Positions 26,560 through 37,635 of a stretch of DNA of 64,000 bases are shown piece after piece. The stretch lies in the NCBI RefSeq assembly GCF_006345805.1, contig NC_043020.1:12834001-12898000 (forward strand). Reading direction: 5' to 3'. Below the pieces are notes generated by a model. That model was not told the origin of the DNA, did not search any database, and saw only the letters and a list, made by a program, of their open reading frames with translations. Made by a program: the position numbers and the translations under genes. Each line of letters begins with the position of its first letter. Positions within the stretch are counted from its first letter, which is position 1. The DNA is from Octopus sinensis (taxonomy: Eukaryota).

Positions 26560-27134
26560 GAGAGTGCAATGTCATAATGCTGCTAGTCTTTATCATATTG
26601 TCAAACATGTAATATATACTGTCTAGCATAATCACATTGCCGCAAGGTGCACCAACTGTTAGTAACAGTACAATATGCCAACTTTTATGTCTGGGAACAG
26701 ATATATTTTTCTTCATTTTCTTTCCTTCTTTACAGCCTTTCTTCACCTCATTTAGTAATCTTTTTGGAGTTTTTTTTTTGTTTTTAATAAAAAAAAAAAA
26801 AATACACAATCACTTTTTAATTGGTGGCAAATGAGATGTTAATTAATACAGGAATGAACGAAAATTTCTTTGCTCGAAAAAATTGGTGTGCGAGCAATTA
26901 TTTTCGATTTCTCTCGTTATCAACCATCATTAACTTTTACTGACCTGAGATAACATAATTATTTTCTTTCTTTCTATATCACCTGTCTTAATACAGTATT
27001 ATGCAGGATTTATATATATATATATAGAAACATATGTATGTTATACTACGTATACAATATACTATCTATACAGCATAGATATGATATATATATACACATA
27101 TATATATATACATACACACACACCACACACACAC

Positions 27135-27183
<49 letters not shown>

Positions 27184-27420
27184 TATATATACATACATAT
27201 ATATATATATATATATAATATGTGTACAATATGATGCATTTATATTTTATATATACAAGATATTATTCTATATATATGTATACAGTATATACATAATATG
27301 TAGATTATATATTATGTATATATATTATGTATATATGTATATATGTATATATATTATAAATATATATATAATATATATATTATATTATATATATATATGT
27401 ATATATATATATGTATATAG

Positions 27421-27453
<33 letters not shown>

Positions 27454-27493
27454 TATATATATATATATATTATATGTATATATATATATATGT

Positions 27494-27560
<67 letters not shown>

Positions 27561-27567
27561 TTGTTTG

Positions 27568-27599
<32 letters not shown>

Positions 27600-28016
27600 T
27601 ATATACATATATATACATATTATATATATACATATATATATACATATATTATATAACATATATATATATACATATATATATATACCTATATAATTATCTT
27701 ATCTATATATATGTAATATATATATATGTATAATAGCTATATATGTATATATATATATATATTATATATATATATATATATTATATATATGTATATAATA
27801 TATATAATGTATATATAATATATGTATTATGTATATATATATATATATATATAAATCTATGCTGTTGTAGATGACCTAGTAGTTTGTCTTCACTGTATGT
27901 CATTACAATGCTTGTTATTTTTGTCTGTTGGAAACTACCAAAAATGAGACTTTCAATGATGCCACCAAAATGTATCAGAATTAGTCCAGTGTCTGTTACT
28001 TAGTGATTGGTCATTG

Positions 28017-28022
28017 TTTATT
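28017..28022 (-). promoter_or_regulatory. Possible polyadenylation signal AATAAA
   Basis: First AATAAA noticed on the minus strand, about 180 nt past the stop codon; no clear downstream GU-rich element. Confidence 0.25.
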
Positions 28023-28202
28023 ATGTTTTTTTTTTCTTCTTCTTTTTAATTCTTCAATGAAAACTGAGATTCATTGGCATGAGGAAAGAAACTGGAGTCT
28101 ATGGCAGCTGTTTATGACTGACCAGTGGTCAAATCTCTTTTGTTTCTGTACAGCTTAATTAATTAATTAATAATGAACAAGTCATGGTACCAGCTATTTG
28201 TA

Positions 28203-29054
28203 TCAAACAAGAGTTGGCTGGGAACTGAAAATAGGGGTTCCCGTAGCATTTTGCTGCCCAGAAGGATAGTTCAAAGAGTTGGGCTGTGGTGTGTTTATAT
28301 ATTCTGGGCAATCAGAAATAGCAAGAACAGCGTTGTTCTTACTGACTAAATTCCTATTTTTGTCTGCCCAAACTTGTAATTTGGTTGGTGATGCACATGA
28401 ATTGTGGAAAAGGTAATTGTTTGAGTTTTGATTGTCCATAGAACCACTGTTTACCCATATTCCTTCATTAGACAAGGAGTTATTGTGGAGTGGAGCTGGT
28501 GCAGATGTCTGCTTGCTCAGATGTCGTTGATGTCCTGGTTCGTTTTGTACTTGATTTAACAGAGTACAGGACATACTCACTTGAGGTGTGATATAATTCA
28601 TCTCTGTACAACTTTCATCGTCGCTTTCATCAACTGAAGAATCGGTACTGCAAGTCGCAAGTTGAGCATAATGCAGACCTTGGAAATTGCGCCGCGCTCC
28701 TGTGGAACCTTTTGATTTTGTGGATCCGTTACTGGTGAGATTCTCGTTATTGTTGTTGTTGTTTGTTTTGGTGCCATTTTGATGGCATTTATCTGGAAGT
28801 TGTGGCGGAGAATTACAAAAGCTTGAAGTAGAATTTGTCTTTGGTCGAGCCCCTCGAACGACTTGTTTACCTGCTGTGGCATTTGGCTTGTCAGATATGA
28901 GTTCCAGGTATTTGGGAGTTTCAAGCTTCGATGGTTCTAGATAATCCGAAGTATTTGTTGAAGTGTTATCGTCTTCGAGCAGAGGAGTTGGATCATCTTC
29001 AGCATTAAATTCGCTGCCAATTGATGATTTTGGTATCCTGTTCTGTGAATGTCC
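28203..29054 (-). CDS. Terminal coding exon (283 aa + TGA) of a phosphotyrosine-signalling protein; EGFR/ErbB-like receptor tyrosine kinase C-terminal tail or docking protein
   Basis: Long non-repetitive ORF (track 28203..29063). Its 5' end coincides with a strong acceptor ttcctttgttgcag|GGA at 29054 (phase 0). Tyr motifs: DYLEP, KYLEL, LHYAQL (ITIM/SHP2-like), NYITP, PEYINT (Grb2 YxN; compare EGFR NPEYLNTVQP). It also has an EDDPT segment (compare ErbB YSxDPT) and a C-terminal TLV class I PDZ ligand. No kinase domain is in the window, so identity is inferred. Confidence 0.8.
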   Translation of the reverse strand, partial: GHSQNRIPKSSIGSEFNAEDDPTPLLEDDNTSTNTSDYLEPSKLETPKYLELISDKPNATAGKQVVRGARPKTNSTSSFCNSPPQLPDKCHQNGTKTNNNNNNENLTSNGSTKSKGSTGARRNFQGLHYAQLATCSTDSSVDESDDESCTEMNYITPQVSMSCTLLNQVQNEPGHQRHLSKQTSAPAPLHNNSLSNEGIWVNSGSMDNQNSNNYLFHNSCASPTKLQVWADKNRNLVSKNNAVLAISDCPEYINTPQPNSLNYPSGQQNATGTPIFSSQPTLV

Positions 29055-29181
29055 CTGCAACAAAGGAAGTAGGCAATGAAAATAAATAAACCAGAAGCAA
29101 AATATTCTGAATAATCAATTTACGGCCAAGAAACCACAACAGAAATATATGCCAGATCTCCCTCAATTTACACCCTACATT

Positions 29182-29397
29182 CTTTTCTGCTCTAGGCACA
29201 AGGCCCGAAACTTTTGGTGAGGGGGCCAGTCGATTAGATCGACCCCAGTGTGCGACTGGTACTTAATTTATCGACCCTGAAAGGATGAAAGGCAAAGTCG
29301 ACCTTGACGGAATTTGAACTCAGAACGTAACAGCAGACGAAATACCACTAAGCATTTCGCCCGGCGTGCTAACGTTTCTGCCAGCTCGCCGCCTTTC
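29182..29397 (-). mobile_element. SINE-A, 15-bp TSD, about 130 nt upstream of the terminal-exon acceptor
   Basis: TSD TTTACACCCTACATT at 29167-29181 and 29398-29412. Confidence 0.88.
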
Positions 29398-29788
29398 TTT
29401 ACACCCTACATTGATAAAGCAACAGAGATATATTACCTAATGTACAAGACATAGATATTTAATCATTAGCATGCTGTAGGTGCATCATGTCACCATATGA
29501 GTTTTCTCCCTTGTAGTAACAGGGCAGTGGCAGGGGAAACAATTCTAGAAAAAATGTTGTGTGCTAAATGTTAAATATGTATATGCATCTTCAACAATAT
29601 ATAACTAATGATTAAGGTTACTGCTTTGCAATCCCATTGGTTTTTGTATAGGTACTGGGAGCAATAATTAAATGAAAAATAGTTTATTTTGACTTAATTT
29701 CATATTTAAAAGGAAAATCATTTTTGAAAAATCTAATGAGCTATTAAAGTGTCTAACAATCTTTTGTAAACAAAATAACAGAAAATTT

Positions 29789-30236
29789 GGATCTTTTCGG
29801 TTTGAACGGCAATTTTTAACATAATTTCTAGGTAACTAAAAAATTTTAAACTTTGTATACTGGTAGAATGTGTTTATAAAACATCTTTTTCTCGTGGCTT
29901 TACTGAGAAAATTTTATAGTTCGTAAGATATTTGTTGTTTTTTTTCTTCAATTTCTGCAATTTCAACCAATCACTGACATCTATTGAGGTAAAAAACATT
30001 CTGTGCCGTATGAATATGTCCCTCGTTTAAGAAACAGATTGGGTTTATTTACATTTGTGAAGAAAAAAAATACCCTTCCCCCCACCCCTAATCCTAACCC
30101 TAACAATAACTAACTGTAACTAACCCTAACCCTAAAACAGATTGAAATGCAATAGATTGATACTAGGGTCATAATTATGGGTGACAATTTCATATGACAC
30201 CGCTAGAAAAAACTGCCGTTCAAACCGAAAAAATCC
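29789..30236. mobile_element. MITE with 8-bp TSD and internal telomere-like (CCCTAA) repeats
   Basis: TIRs GGATCTTTTCGGTTTGAACGGCA and TGCCGTTCAAACCGAAAAAATCC. TSD GAAAATTT at 29781-88 and 30237-44. CCTAAC/CCCTAA runs at about 30087-30135. Confidence 0.85.
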
Positions 30237-30871
30237 GAAAATTTATTTTCCTTTCAACCTGTTAAAAAAGGATTATCGCCATCCAGTTTCTTGAATGACA
30301 CTCCATATTTTTTATTCCAATTAATTTAATGATATACCTTGTTGTGAGTTCTTTGAGGATTTGCTGTGAATGTGAGTGAATGTGTGTTGGGAGTGCAAAG
30401 CAAAATCTGGAAGCACTCCATCGGTTACTACGATGAGGGTTCCGGTTGATCGATCAACGGAACAGCCTGCTCATGAAATTAACATGTAAGTGGCTGAGCA
30501 CTCCACAGACACGTGTACCCTTAACGTAGTTCTCGGGGATATTCAGCGTGACACAGAGAGTGACAAGGCCGGCCCTTTGAAATACAGGTACAACAGAAAC
30601 AGGAAGTAAGAGTGAGAGAAAGTTGTGGTGAAAGAGTACAGCAGGGATCACCACCATCCCTGCCGGAGCCTCGTGGAGCTTTAGGTGTTTTCGCTCAATA
30701 AACACTCACAACACCCGGTCTGGGAATCGAAACCGCGATCCTACGAACTCGAGTCCGCTGCCCTAACCACTGGGCCATTGCGCCTCCACATTCAAATGAA
30801 TATGGTACTTAAGTCAGATGCACCAGAATTTTGTACAGTGTTATCCATATAACTACATGTGGTGATTATAA

Positions 30872-31009
30872 TCAAAGTAAGCAACAAGAATATCTTCAGT
30901 AATTTGGTACGATCGTTTCACACTACATCATTTTATTGCTCAACATTTTAAAACTGATGTAATAATGATCGTACCAAATTACCGAAGATATTCTTGTTGC
31001 TTACTTTGA
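30872..31009. repeat. Fold-back, 43-bp arms (1 mismatch), 52-nt spacer
   Basis: TCAAAGTAAGCAACAAGAATATCTTC(A/G)GTAATTTGGTACGATC and its reverse complement. The minus strand reads GAAACGATCGTA at the left junction (hammerhead 3' half). Confidence 0.9.
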
Positions 31010-31041
<32 letters not shown>

Positions 31042-31060
31042 TATATATAATATATATATA

Positions 31061-31256
31061 TATTATATTAAATTAGAGACAAAACACTATTAGGCAAATC
31101 AAACAATGAAAGACTTAAGCCAATACATATGATTAATTTATATTATTTATATTATTATTACATATTTAAATAATATAAATTAATCATATGTATTGGCTTA
31201 AGTCTTTCATTGTTTGATTTGCCTAATAGTGGTTTTGTCTCTAATTTAATATAATA
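31061..31256. repeat. AT-rich fold-back, about 88-bp arms (1 indel), 19-nt spacer
   Basis: 31061-31148 pairs with 31168-31256. Confidence 0.92.
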
Positions 31257-31332
31257 TAATATTTTACTATAAAATTGGATTCAATCCTAAATCTGATTTT
31301 TCCCTGTAAGTTTGGATTTATTCCCTAATATT

Positions 31333-31384
<52 letters not shown>

Positions 31385-31538
31385 CAGAGATGTACTCGCA
31401 TAGCAAGTAATTTGATCTGAGATTGTGTGCTGAAACGAAAACAATTGCAGCGTGGAAGGTGTTTATAAGCCATTTAAGAAACACACAAAAGCCGTTCGAT
31501 TCACTTCAACATTTAAGTTTAATTTGTCATATATATGT

Positions 31539-31569
<31 letters not shown>

Positions 31570-31742
31570 TATATAATAAATGAATAAATAAATACAACAT
31601 ATGCATATATACATACATATATGTACATACCTACCTCTATATGTATATATGCATGCATATATGGGTACAGGGCACCCAAAAAACGTCGAACACATTGAGA
31701 AACGAAAACATAAACAAGGAATTTATATATATATATATATAT

Positions 31743-32003
31743 ATATAAGGGATATTAGCCAACCGAATATGGCTAGGGACAGGGCAGGGTGGTGGGGGTG
31801 TCACTGTTGCATTTAGCCCCAGACGAACATCAACGTCACCAGATAGGCCTGACAAAAAGAAAAAAAAAAAAGATAGAGGACGCCGTGATGGCGTCAGGCC
31901 TATCTGGTGACGTTGATGTTCGCCTGGGGCTAAATGCAACAGTGACACCCCCACCACCCTGCCCTGTCCCTAGCCATATTCGGTTGGCTAATATCCCTTA
32001 TAT
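31743..32003. repeat. GC-rich fold-back / putative TA-targeted MITE, 111-bp arms (1 mismatch), 39-nt spacer
   Basis: 31743-31853 pairs with 31893-32003; sits at the end of a (TA)n run. Confidence 0.92.
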
Positions 32004-32048
32004 TACGGAGCAGTCACTGTCTATATCTCATTTAGAGAATTATTATTG

Positions 32049-32096
<48 letters not shown>

Positions 32097-32459
32097 TAAT
32101 TATATCCCTTCATGGGAGACGGTGTGAGAGGATAGTAAGTCATAGTTAGTTTAGATGTCATACAAAATAGATAGTATATATATCTATATATATGTATGTA
32201 TGTATATTATCCCGTGTTGATGACATGTTAAAGGTACTTATGCCAGTGCCAACATAAAAAGCACCCAATACACTCTGTGAAGTGGTTGACATTAGGAAGG
32301 GCATCCAACCATAGAAACAATGCCAAAACAGACAATAGATACTGGTACAGCTCTCTGGCTTACAAGCCTCAATTTAACCACCTAGCCCATGCCAGCATGG
32401 AAGATGAATGTTAATGATGATGATGATGATGATGATATGTGTGTGTGTGTATCTATATA

Positions 32460-34088
32460 CAGTTGCGGCCAAAATGTTCAGAACGGCATTGTTTTCGTCA
32501 GAAAAGTAGGTATAAGTTTTTATCAAAGTTGTTTTATATTCTATAATTTTCAAAGACAATAAATACGATATTATTTGTTATTGTCTGAGATTTTGGTGTA
32601 ATTTGAGAGGATAATAAAAAAGTTATGGATGATTTAGTGATTTACTGCAAAACCCATGGCGGCCAAAATGATCAGAACGGTTGCTTTTACTCCATGTTTT
32701 AGTATATTTAACCGTCGAACTCTAATGTTTTGAATTTGTTTACGTGATGGTTCATTTACTAAACATTAGTAAGAATATCTGCAGTGTACTTTGTTAATAT
32801 AATGCCACTTACTCCATTACCAATTCGTCAGCAGATTATTAAGCTTCGAAAGAAGGATAATTTAAGTATTAGGTCTATTGCAAAGATTGTTAACAAGTCA
32901 AAAAGTGTTGTTCACGGTATTCTTAAGGTCTTCGATGATTGTGGTTTGTGTGAAGCAAGAAAGTCTACAGGTAGGCCAAGAAAAACGACCAAGAGAGAAG
33001 ATCGTGCTATGGTAAAGTTGGTTAAAAAGGACAGATTTAAAACTGCTGCTGCTGTTTTTCGGGAAATGAGCATTGTACTGAAGAAAACTTTAACTCGAAA
33101 AACTGTGTCTCGTCCTTTAGTTGAACATGACCTACAAGCTAGAGCACCTGCAGTGAAGCCACTGATCAACTCCAAGAATAAAAAGTGTCGTCTTACCTTT
33201 GCAACCGAACATGTGTTGTGGTCTCAAGAAAAATGGCAAACGGTGCATTTCAGTGATGAATCTAAGTCTATGTTATTTGGCTCAGATGGGAAAAGGTACG
33301 TTCGTCGAAAAGCAGGTGAAAAATTGTCACCTAAATGCCTTAAGACTAGTGTTAAATTCGGTGGAGGAAGTGTCATGGTTTGGGGGATGATATCTGGAGA
33401 TGTTGTGGGCCCTTTGCTGCGATTACATGGAAAGGTAAATGCAGGAGTTTATAAACAACTTGTAAAAGATCATGTCTTGCCTGTGCTGAGAAATTCAACT
33501 AAGCGACCACCCATATTCATGCAGGACAATGCCCCATGTCACAAGGCTGCTAAGGTGGTCATGAACTTCCTCAAGGCTGAAAAGGTTATTGTTATGGATT
33601 GGCCTGCTCAAAGCCCAGACCTCAATCCTATTGAAAATGTGTGGAATATTCTAGGAGAACGTTTGAAAGCCAGAAATCCTAAAACAACCGAGCAATTATG
33701 GAATGCCCTTCAGGAAGAATGGAATAAAATCACCCAGCAAGAAATTGAAAATATAATTTCCCCATGCAGTCAAAAATGTCAAACTTTGATTGAAGCTAAA
33801 GGGCTTCACACTAAATATGAAATAATTCCAGCATTCTCTGTCACTTTTTGATTATTTTGTTATTTTTTCAACCGTTCTGATCATTTTGGCCACCATGGGT
33901 TTTGCAGTAAATCACTATATTATCCATAACTTTTGTATTATCCACTCAAATTACACCAAAATCTCAGACAATACCAATTTCGTATTTATTGTCTGTGAAA
34001 ATTATAGAATATAAAACAACTTTAATAAAAACTTATACCTACTTTTCTGACGAAAACAATGCCGTTCTGAACATTTTGGCCGCAACTG
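32460..34088 (+). mobile_element. Near-intact Tc1-family DNA transposon, IR/DR type, 1629 bp
   Basis: TA target duplication (32458-59 and 34089-90). TIRs of about 220 bp (32460-32683 and 33869-34088) start CAGTTGCGGCCAAAATG. Each TIR holds two direct repeats GCCAAAATG(T/A)TCAGAACGG. Transposase ORF inside. Confidence 0.96.
32802..33851 (+). CDS. Tc1 transposase, 349 aa, DD35E triad
   Basis: ATG at 32802. Paired-like HTH N-terminus, GRPRKTT, FSDES, FGGGSVMVWG, FMQDNAPCH, WPAQSPDLNPIENVW. 35 residues counted between the second D and the E. Runs 10 aa beyond the usual HTKY end. Confidence 0.92.
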   Translation: MPLTPLPIRQQIIKLRKKDNLSIRSIAKIVNKSKSVVHGILKVFDDCGLCEARKSTGRPRKTTKREDRAMVKLVKKDRFKTAAAVFREMSIVLKKTLTRKTVSRPLVEHDLQARAPAVKPLINSKNKKCRLTFATEHVLWSQEKWQTVHFSDESKSMLFGSDGKRYVRRKAGEKLSPKCLKTSVKFGGGSVMVWGMISGDVVGPLLRLHGKVNAGVYKQLVKDHVLPVLRNSTKRPPIFMQDNAPCHKAAKVVMNFLKAEKVIVMDWPAQSPDLNPIENVWNILGERLKARNPKTTEQLWNALQEEWNKITQQEIENIISPCSQKCQTLIEAKGLHTKYEIIPAFSVTF

Positions 34089-34315
34089 TATGTGCACCTT
34101 GTTGTACTCAAGAAGACCTTTCCTCCACAGCATGTGCATTAATACCACTACCCCAGAGGGAGAGGATTGGCCTGCAAGAGCCCTTTGCCAGTTCCACATT
34201 AGAAGTGCCGGGCACATACTGTAAAGTGGGACTGAACCTGGAGCCATGGGGTTGGGAAGCAAGCTTCTTATGACACACACACACACACTTTATTTCCATT
34301 TGAAATTGGACTTAC

Positions 34316-34398
34316 CATATCTGTATCAGTCATTATATAGCTTTCAGCATTTGGGGGTATCCCCAATTTTTCATCATTCCCTGTACCAGCTGTGCTAT
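34316..34398 (-). CDS. Penultimate coding exon (83 nt; D-STAGTGNDEKLGIPPNAESYIMTDTDM)
   Basis: Acceptor gttttgttttgcag| and donor ATG|gtaagt. Open frame, starts phase 1 and ends phase 0, so it splices in frame onto the 29054 terminal exon. NAESYIM loosely recalls ErbB DAEEYL. Confidence 0.7.
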
Positions 34399-35335
34399 CT
34401 GCAAAACAAAACAACGAAAAAAAGCAAAAAAAAAAAACACAAACAAACAAATTTTCATAAAACAAACAACAAATACAAATCAATGTTTTGAGACAAAAAA
34501 TAAAAAGTTAAAAAAAAAACGTGTTTCAATAATTATAGGTTATTTATTATGTTTATGTTAATCAAATATTGATTTCCAGTTAATAAGATGTTTCATAGAT
34601 TATTTCTGAGAAACTTAAGAGAATGGTGGTTGTTGTTGCCGTTGTTGTTGTTATTATTGTTGTTGTTGTTGTAGCCCCAGGGTGATAATCACCAAGTAGG
34701 ACCTACACATTTAACATGGACACCCCTGAATCATGTCTGTTAGATTTCAAGTAGGGGACTAATAGAAACATTGTTAACACCCAGGGTAGAATTTAGATTT
34801 TACTTTGCACTCATTCAAAATTTTATATTTACTATGTTGCTGTTTAACCCCAGGTCTCTCCTTATCCAGTTAACCTATGATCAAAGGTATTCCAAATGTG
34901 ACCATCCCATCATCTATTCAATCAAACGGGACTGTGGATTATATTATCTGACGTTTTTTTTTTTTTTAAGCTGGTGATGTATGAGATTTGAGGAAGAATT
35001 AACTGCTTTTTCTCTCAAGTCAGGTGAAATTTAGAAGCTTTTCTAAATTATTAATTAGTTCTGCTTCTAGACTGTTTAGGCAGTAATAATAGTTATCTTC
35101 CTGCTACTTTACTCTTTACTCTTTTACTTGTTTTAGTCATGTGACTGTAGCCATGCTGGAACACTGCCTTTAGTCAAGCAATTCAACCCCAGGACTTATT
35201 CTTTGTGAGCCTAGTACTTCTTCTACCGGTCTCCTTTGCCGAACCACTAAGTTATGGGGGACATAAACACACCAGCATCGGTTGTCAAGCAATGTTGGTG
35301 GGACAAACAGATACACAAACATATACACACACACA

Positions 35336-35381
<46 letters not shown>

Positions 35382-37392
35382 TATGACAGGCTTCTTTCAG
35401 TTTCCATCTACCAAATCCACTCACAAGGCTTTGGTTGGCCCGAGGCTATAGTAGAAGACTGTTGACCAACGTGCCATGCAGTGGGACTGAACCCGGAGCC
35501 ACATGGTTGGTAAGCAAGCAACTAACCACACAGCCACTCCTATGCCTCCTACTTAAATATCTTTGTTAATCAGCATTAATAAAATATTGGTAATTAGCAT
35601 CATTAATTTGATTTCTATTTTGTGTTATATTTGTACACATTTCAAAAGGTTACAACAGTTTTTGCTACAGCTAAAACATATCTTTAGGTTGTGTTTTAGT
35701 TACACCTAGTTTGAGGTCCCTACATGATTAAAGTGAAGGCACATGGCCTAGTGGTTAGAGCAGTGGACTCGTGGTTGAGGGATCACGGATTCGAATCTCA
35801 GACCAAGTAGTGTATGTGCTTATGAGTGAAACACCTAAGCTCCACGCGGATCTGGCAGAAGGTAATGGCGAACGTCTGCTGACTCTTTTACCACAATTTT
35901 CTCTCACTCTTTCCTCCTGCATCTTGCAGCTCACCGGCGACAGACTTGCGTCCTGTCCAAGTGGGGAACCTATATGCCAAGGAAACCAGGAAACTGGCCC
36001 TTATGAGCCAGGGATGGCGCAAGAAGGAACAAACATGATTAAAACATCCATCTTCTTGTTTCTAAATTAGATTTATATTGGTCCATTCTCCTGCATATCT
36101 GAACATTTTGAAAAATAACACTACCAGCATCATCCTCATCTTCATCATAATCCTTTAACGTCCATTTTACCATGCCGACATGGGTTGGATGGCTTGACAG
36201 GAACTGACAAAGTCAGATTCCATAGTTTGTTTTGGCTCAGTTTCTATGGCTGGATGCCCTTCCTAATGCCAACCACTCCACAGAGTGTACTGGGTGCTTT
36301 TTTTACTTGGCACTAGCACCCATATCAATGCTTTTTACATGGCACCTTCGTTTTGGGATTTCAATTCTGTTGTAGTGGGCAAGTCTTCTCCAGTTCAGCA
36401 ATGTGCCATGTATATCAGACCTTTGTCTTCTCTTTTGTAAGGTTCACCATTTTGAGATTTGCCTTCAACATACTCTTTTACTCTTTTACTTGTTTCAGTC
36501 ATTTGACTGCGGCCATGCTGGAGCACCGCCTTTAGTCGAGTAACTCGATCCTGGATCTTCTTCTTTTTGTAAGCCCAGTACTTATTCTATCGGTCTCTTT
36601 TTGCTGAACCGCTAAGTGATGGGGACGTAAACACACCAGCATCGGTTGTCAAGCAATGCTAGGGGAACAAACACAGACACACAAACACACACACATACAT
36701 ATATATATATACATATATACGACAGGCTTCTTTCAGTTTCCATCTACCAAATCCACTCACAAGGCTTTGGTCGGCCCGAGGCTATAGTAGAAGACACTTG
36801 CTCAAGGTGCCATGCAGTGGGACTGAACCCGAAACCATGTGGTTGGTAAACAAGCTACTTACCACACAGCCACTCCTGCGCCTTCCTGTATCTATGGATT
36901 ATATTTTACAGAATCCCAACCCTAAATGCCTGTCTCAGTACAAAGATAACCGGGAGTTAGTGTTGAGTGCAGCATAAAGAATATGCCAAAATTTCATAAA
37001 ATCCAAATTTATTTTACACACACAGGCATGGCTGTGTGACACTTTAGATAAGAATATTTTACTATAGCCTTGGGCTGACCAATGCCTTGTAAGTGAAACT
37101 GATAGACAAAAACTATGGAAGCTTATCCTATCATATATATGTATGTATACACACACACACATATATATATATATAATTATTATTTGAGGGAATAAAATCC
37201 AAACTTACAAGGAAAAAAAAATTCAATTTACTTAATCTTTACATTTTATTGGTATCGCACGAGGAGTTTTAGGTGGCCAATGTAAACTGGTCATGTGCAT
37301 TCGTGCATATATATGTGTGTATATGTTCGTATATGTAAGTATCCGTATGTTATGTGTATATATATATGTGTATTTATGTGCTATCTGTGTAT

Positions 37393-37450
37393 ATTCAACT
37401 GATGAGGCAAAGCATTTCTTATGCAGAGCCAGAAATCCAGGATCTAGAAT
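37393..37450 (+). ncRNA. Type I hammerhead motif, separate family
   Basis: ATTCAA CTGATGA GGC aaa GCAT ttctt ATGC aga GCC a GAAA TCC a GGA TC TAGAAT. Intact core, branched helix II, palindromic helix III, AUC site, helix I 5 of 6 paired; one extra A before GAAA. Confidence 0.6.
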
Positions 37451-37583
37451 TATCCAGTAATTTTTTTTGCTAGTTTATTTTGTCCTTTTCTCTTCTCTCC
37501 TGGTGCTCTATGAACATTTAATGTGGTTTTCCAGCATGGTGGTATCTCTTAGATACCCTAAATTATAATTTTAATATATATAT

Positions 37584-37635
<52 letters not shown>

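Noticed and set aside
530-27733. Many 60-155 aa ORFs rich in YI/IY, CV/VC, HT, N or I runs
   Set aside because: They are translations of (TA)n, (CA)n and (AAT)n microsatellites or of SINE bodies; no coding signal.
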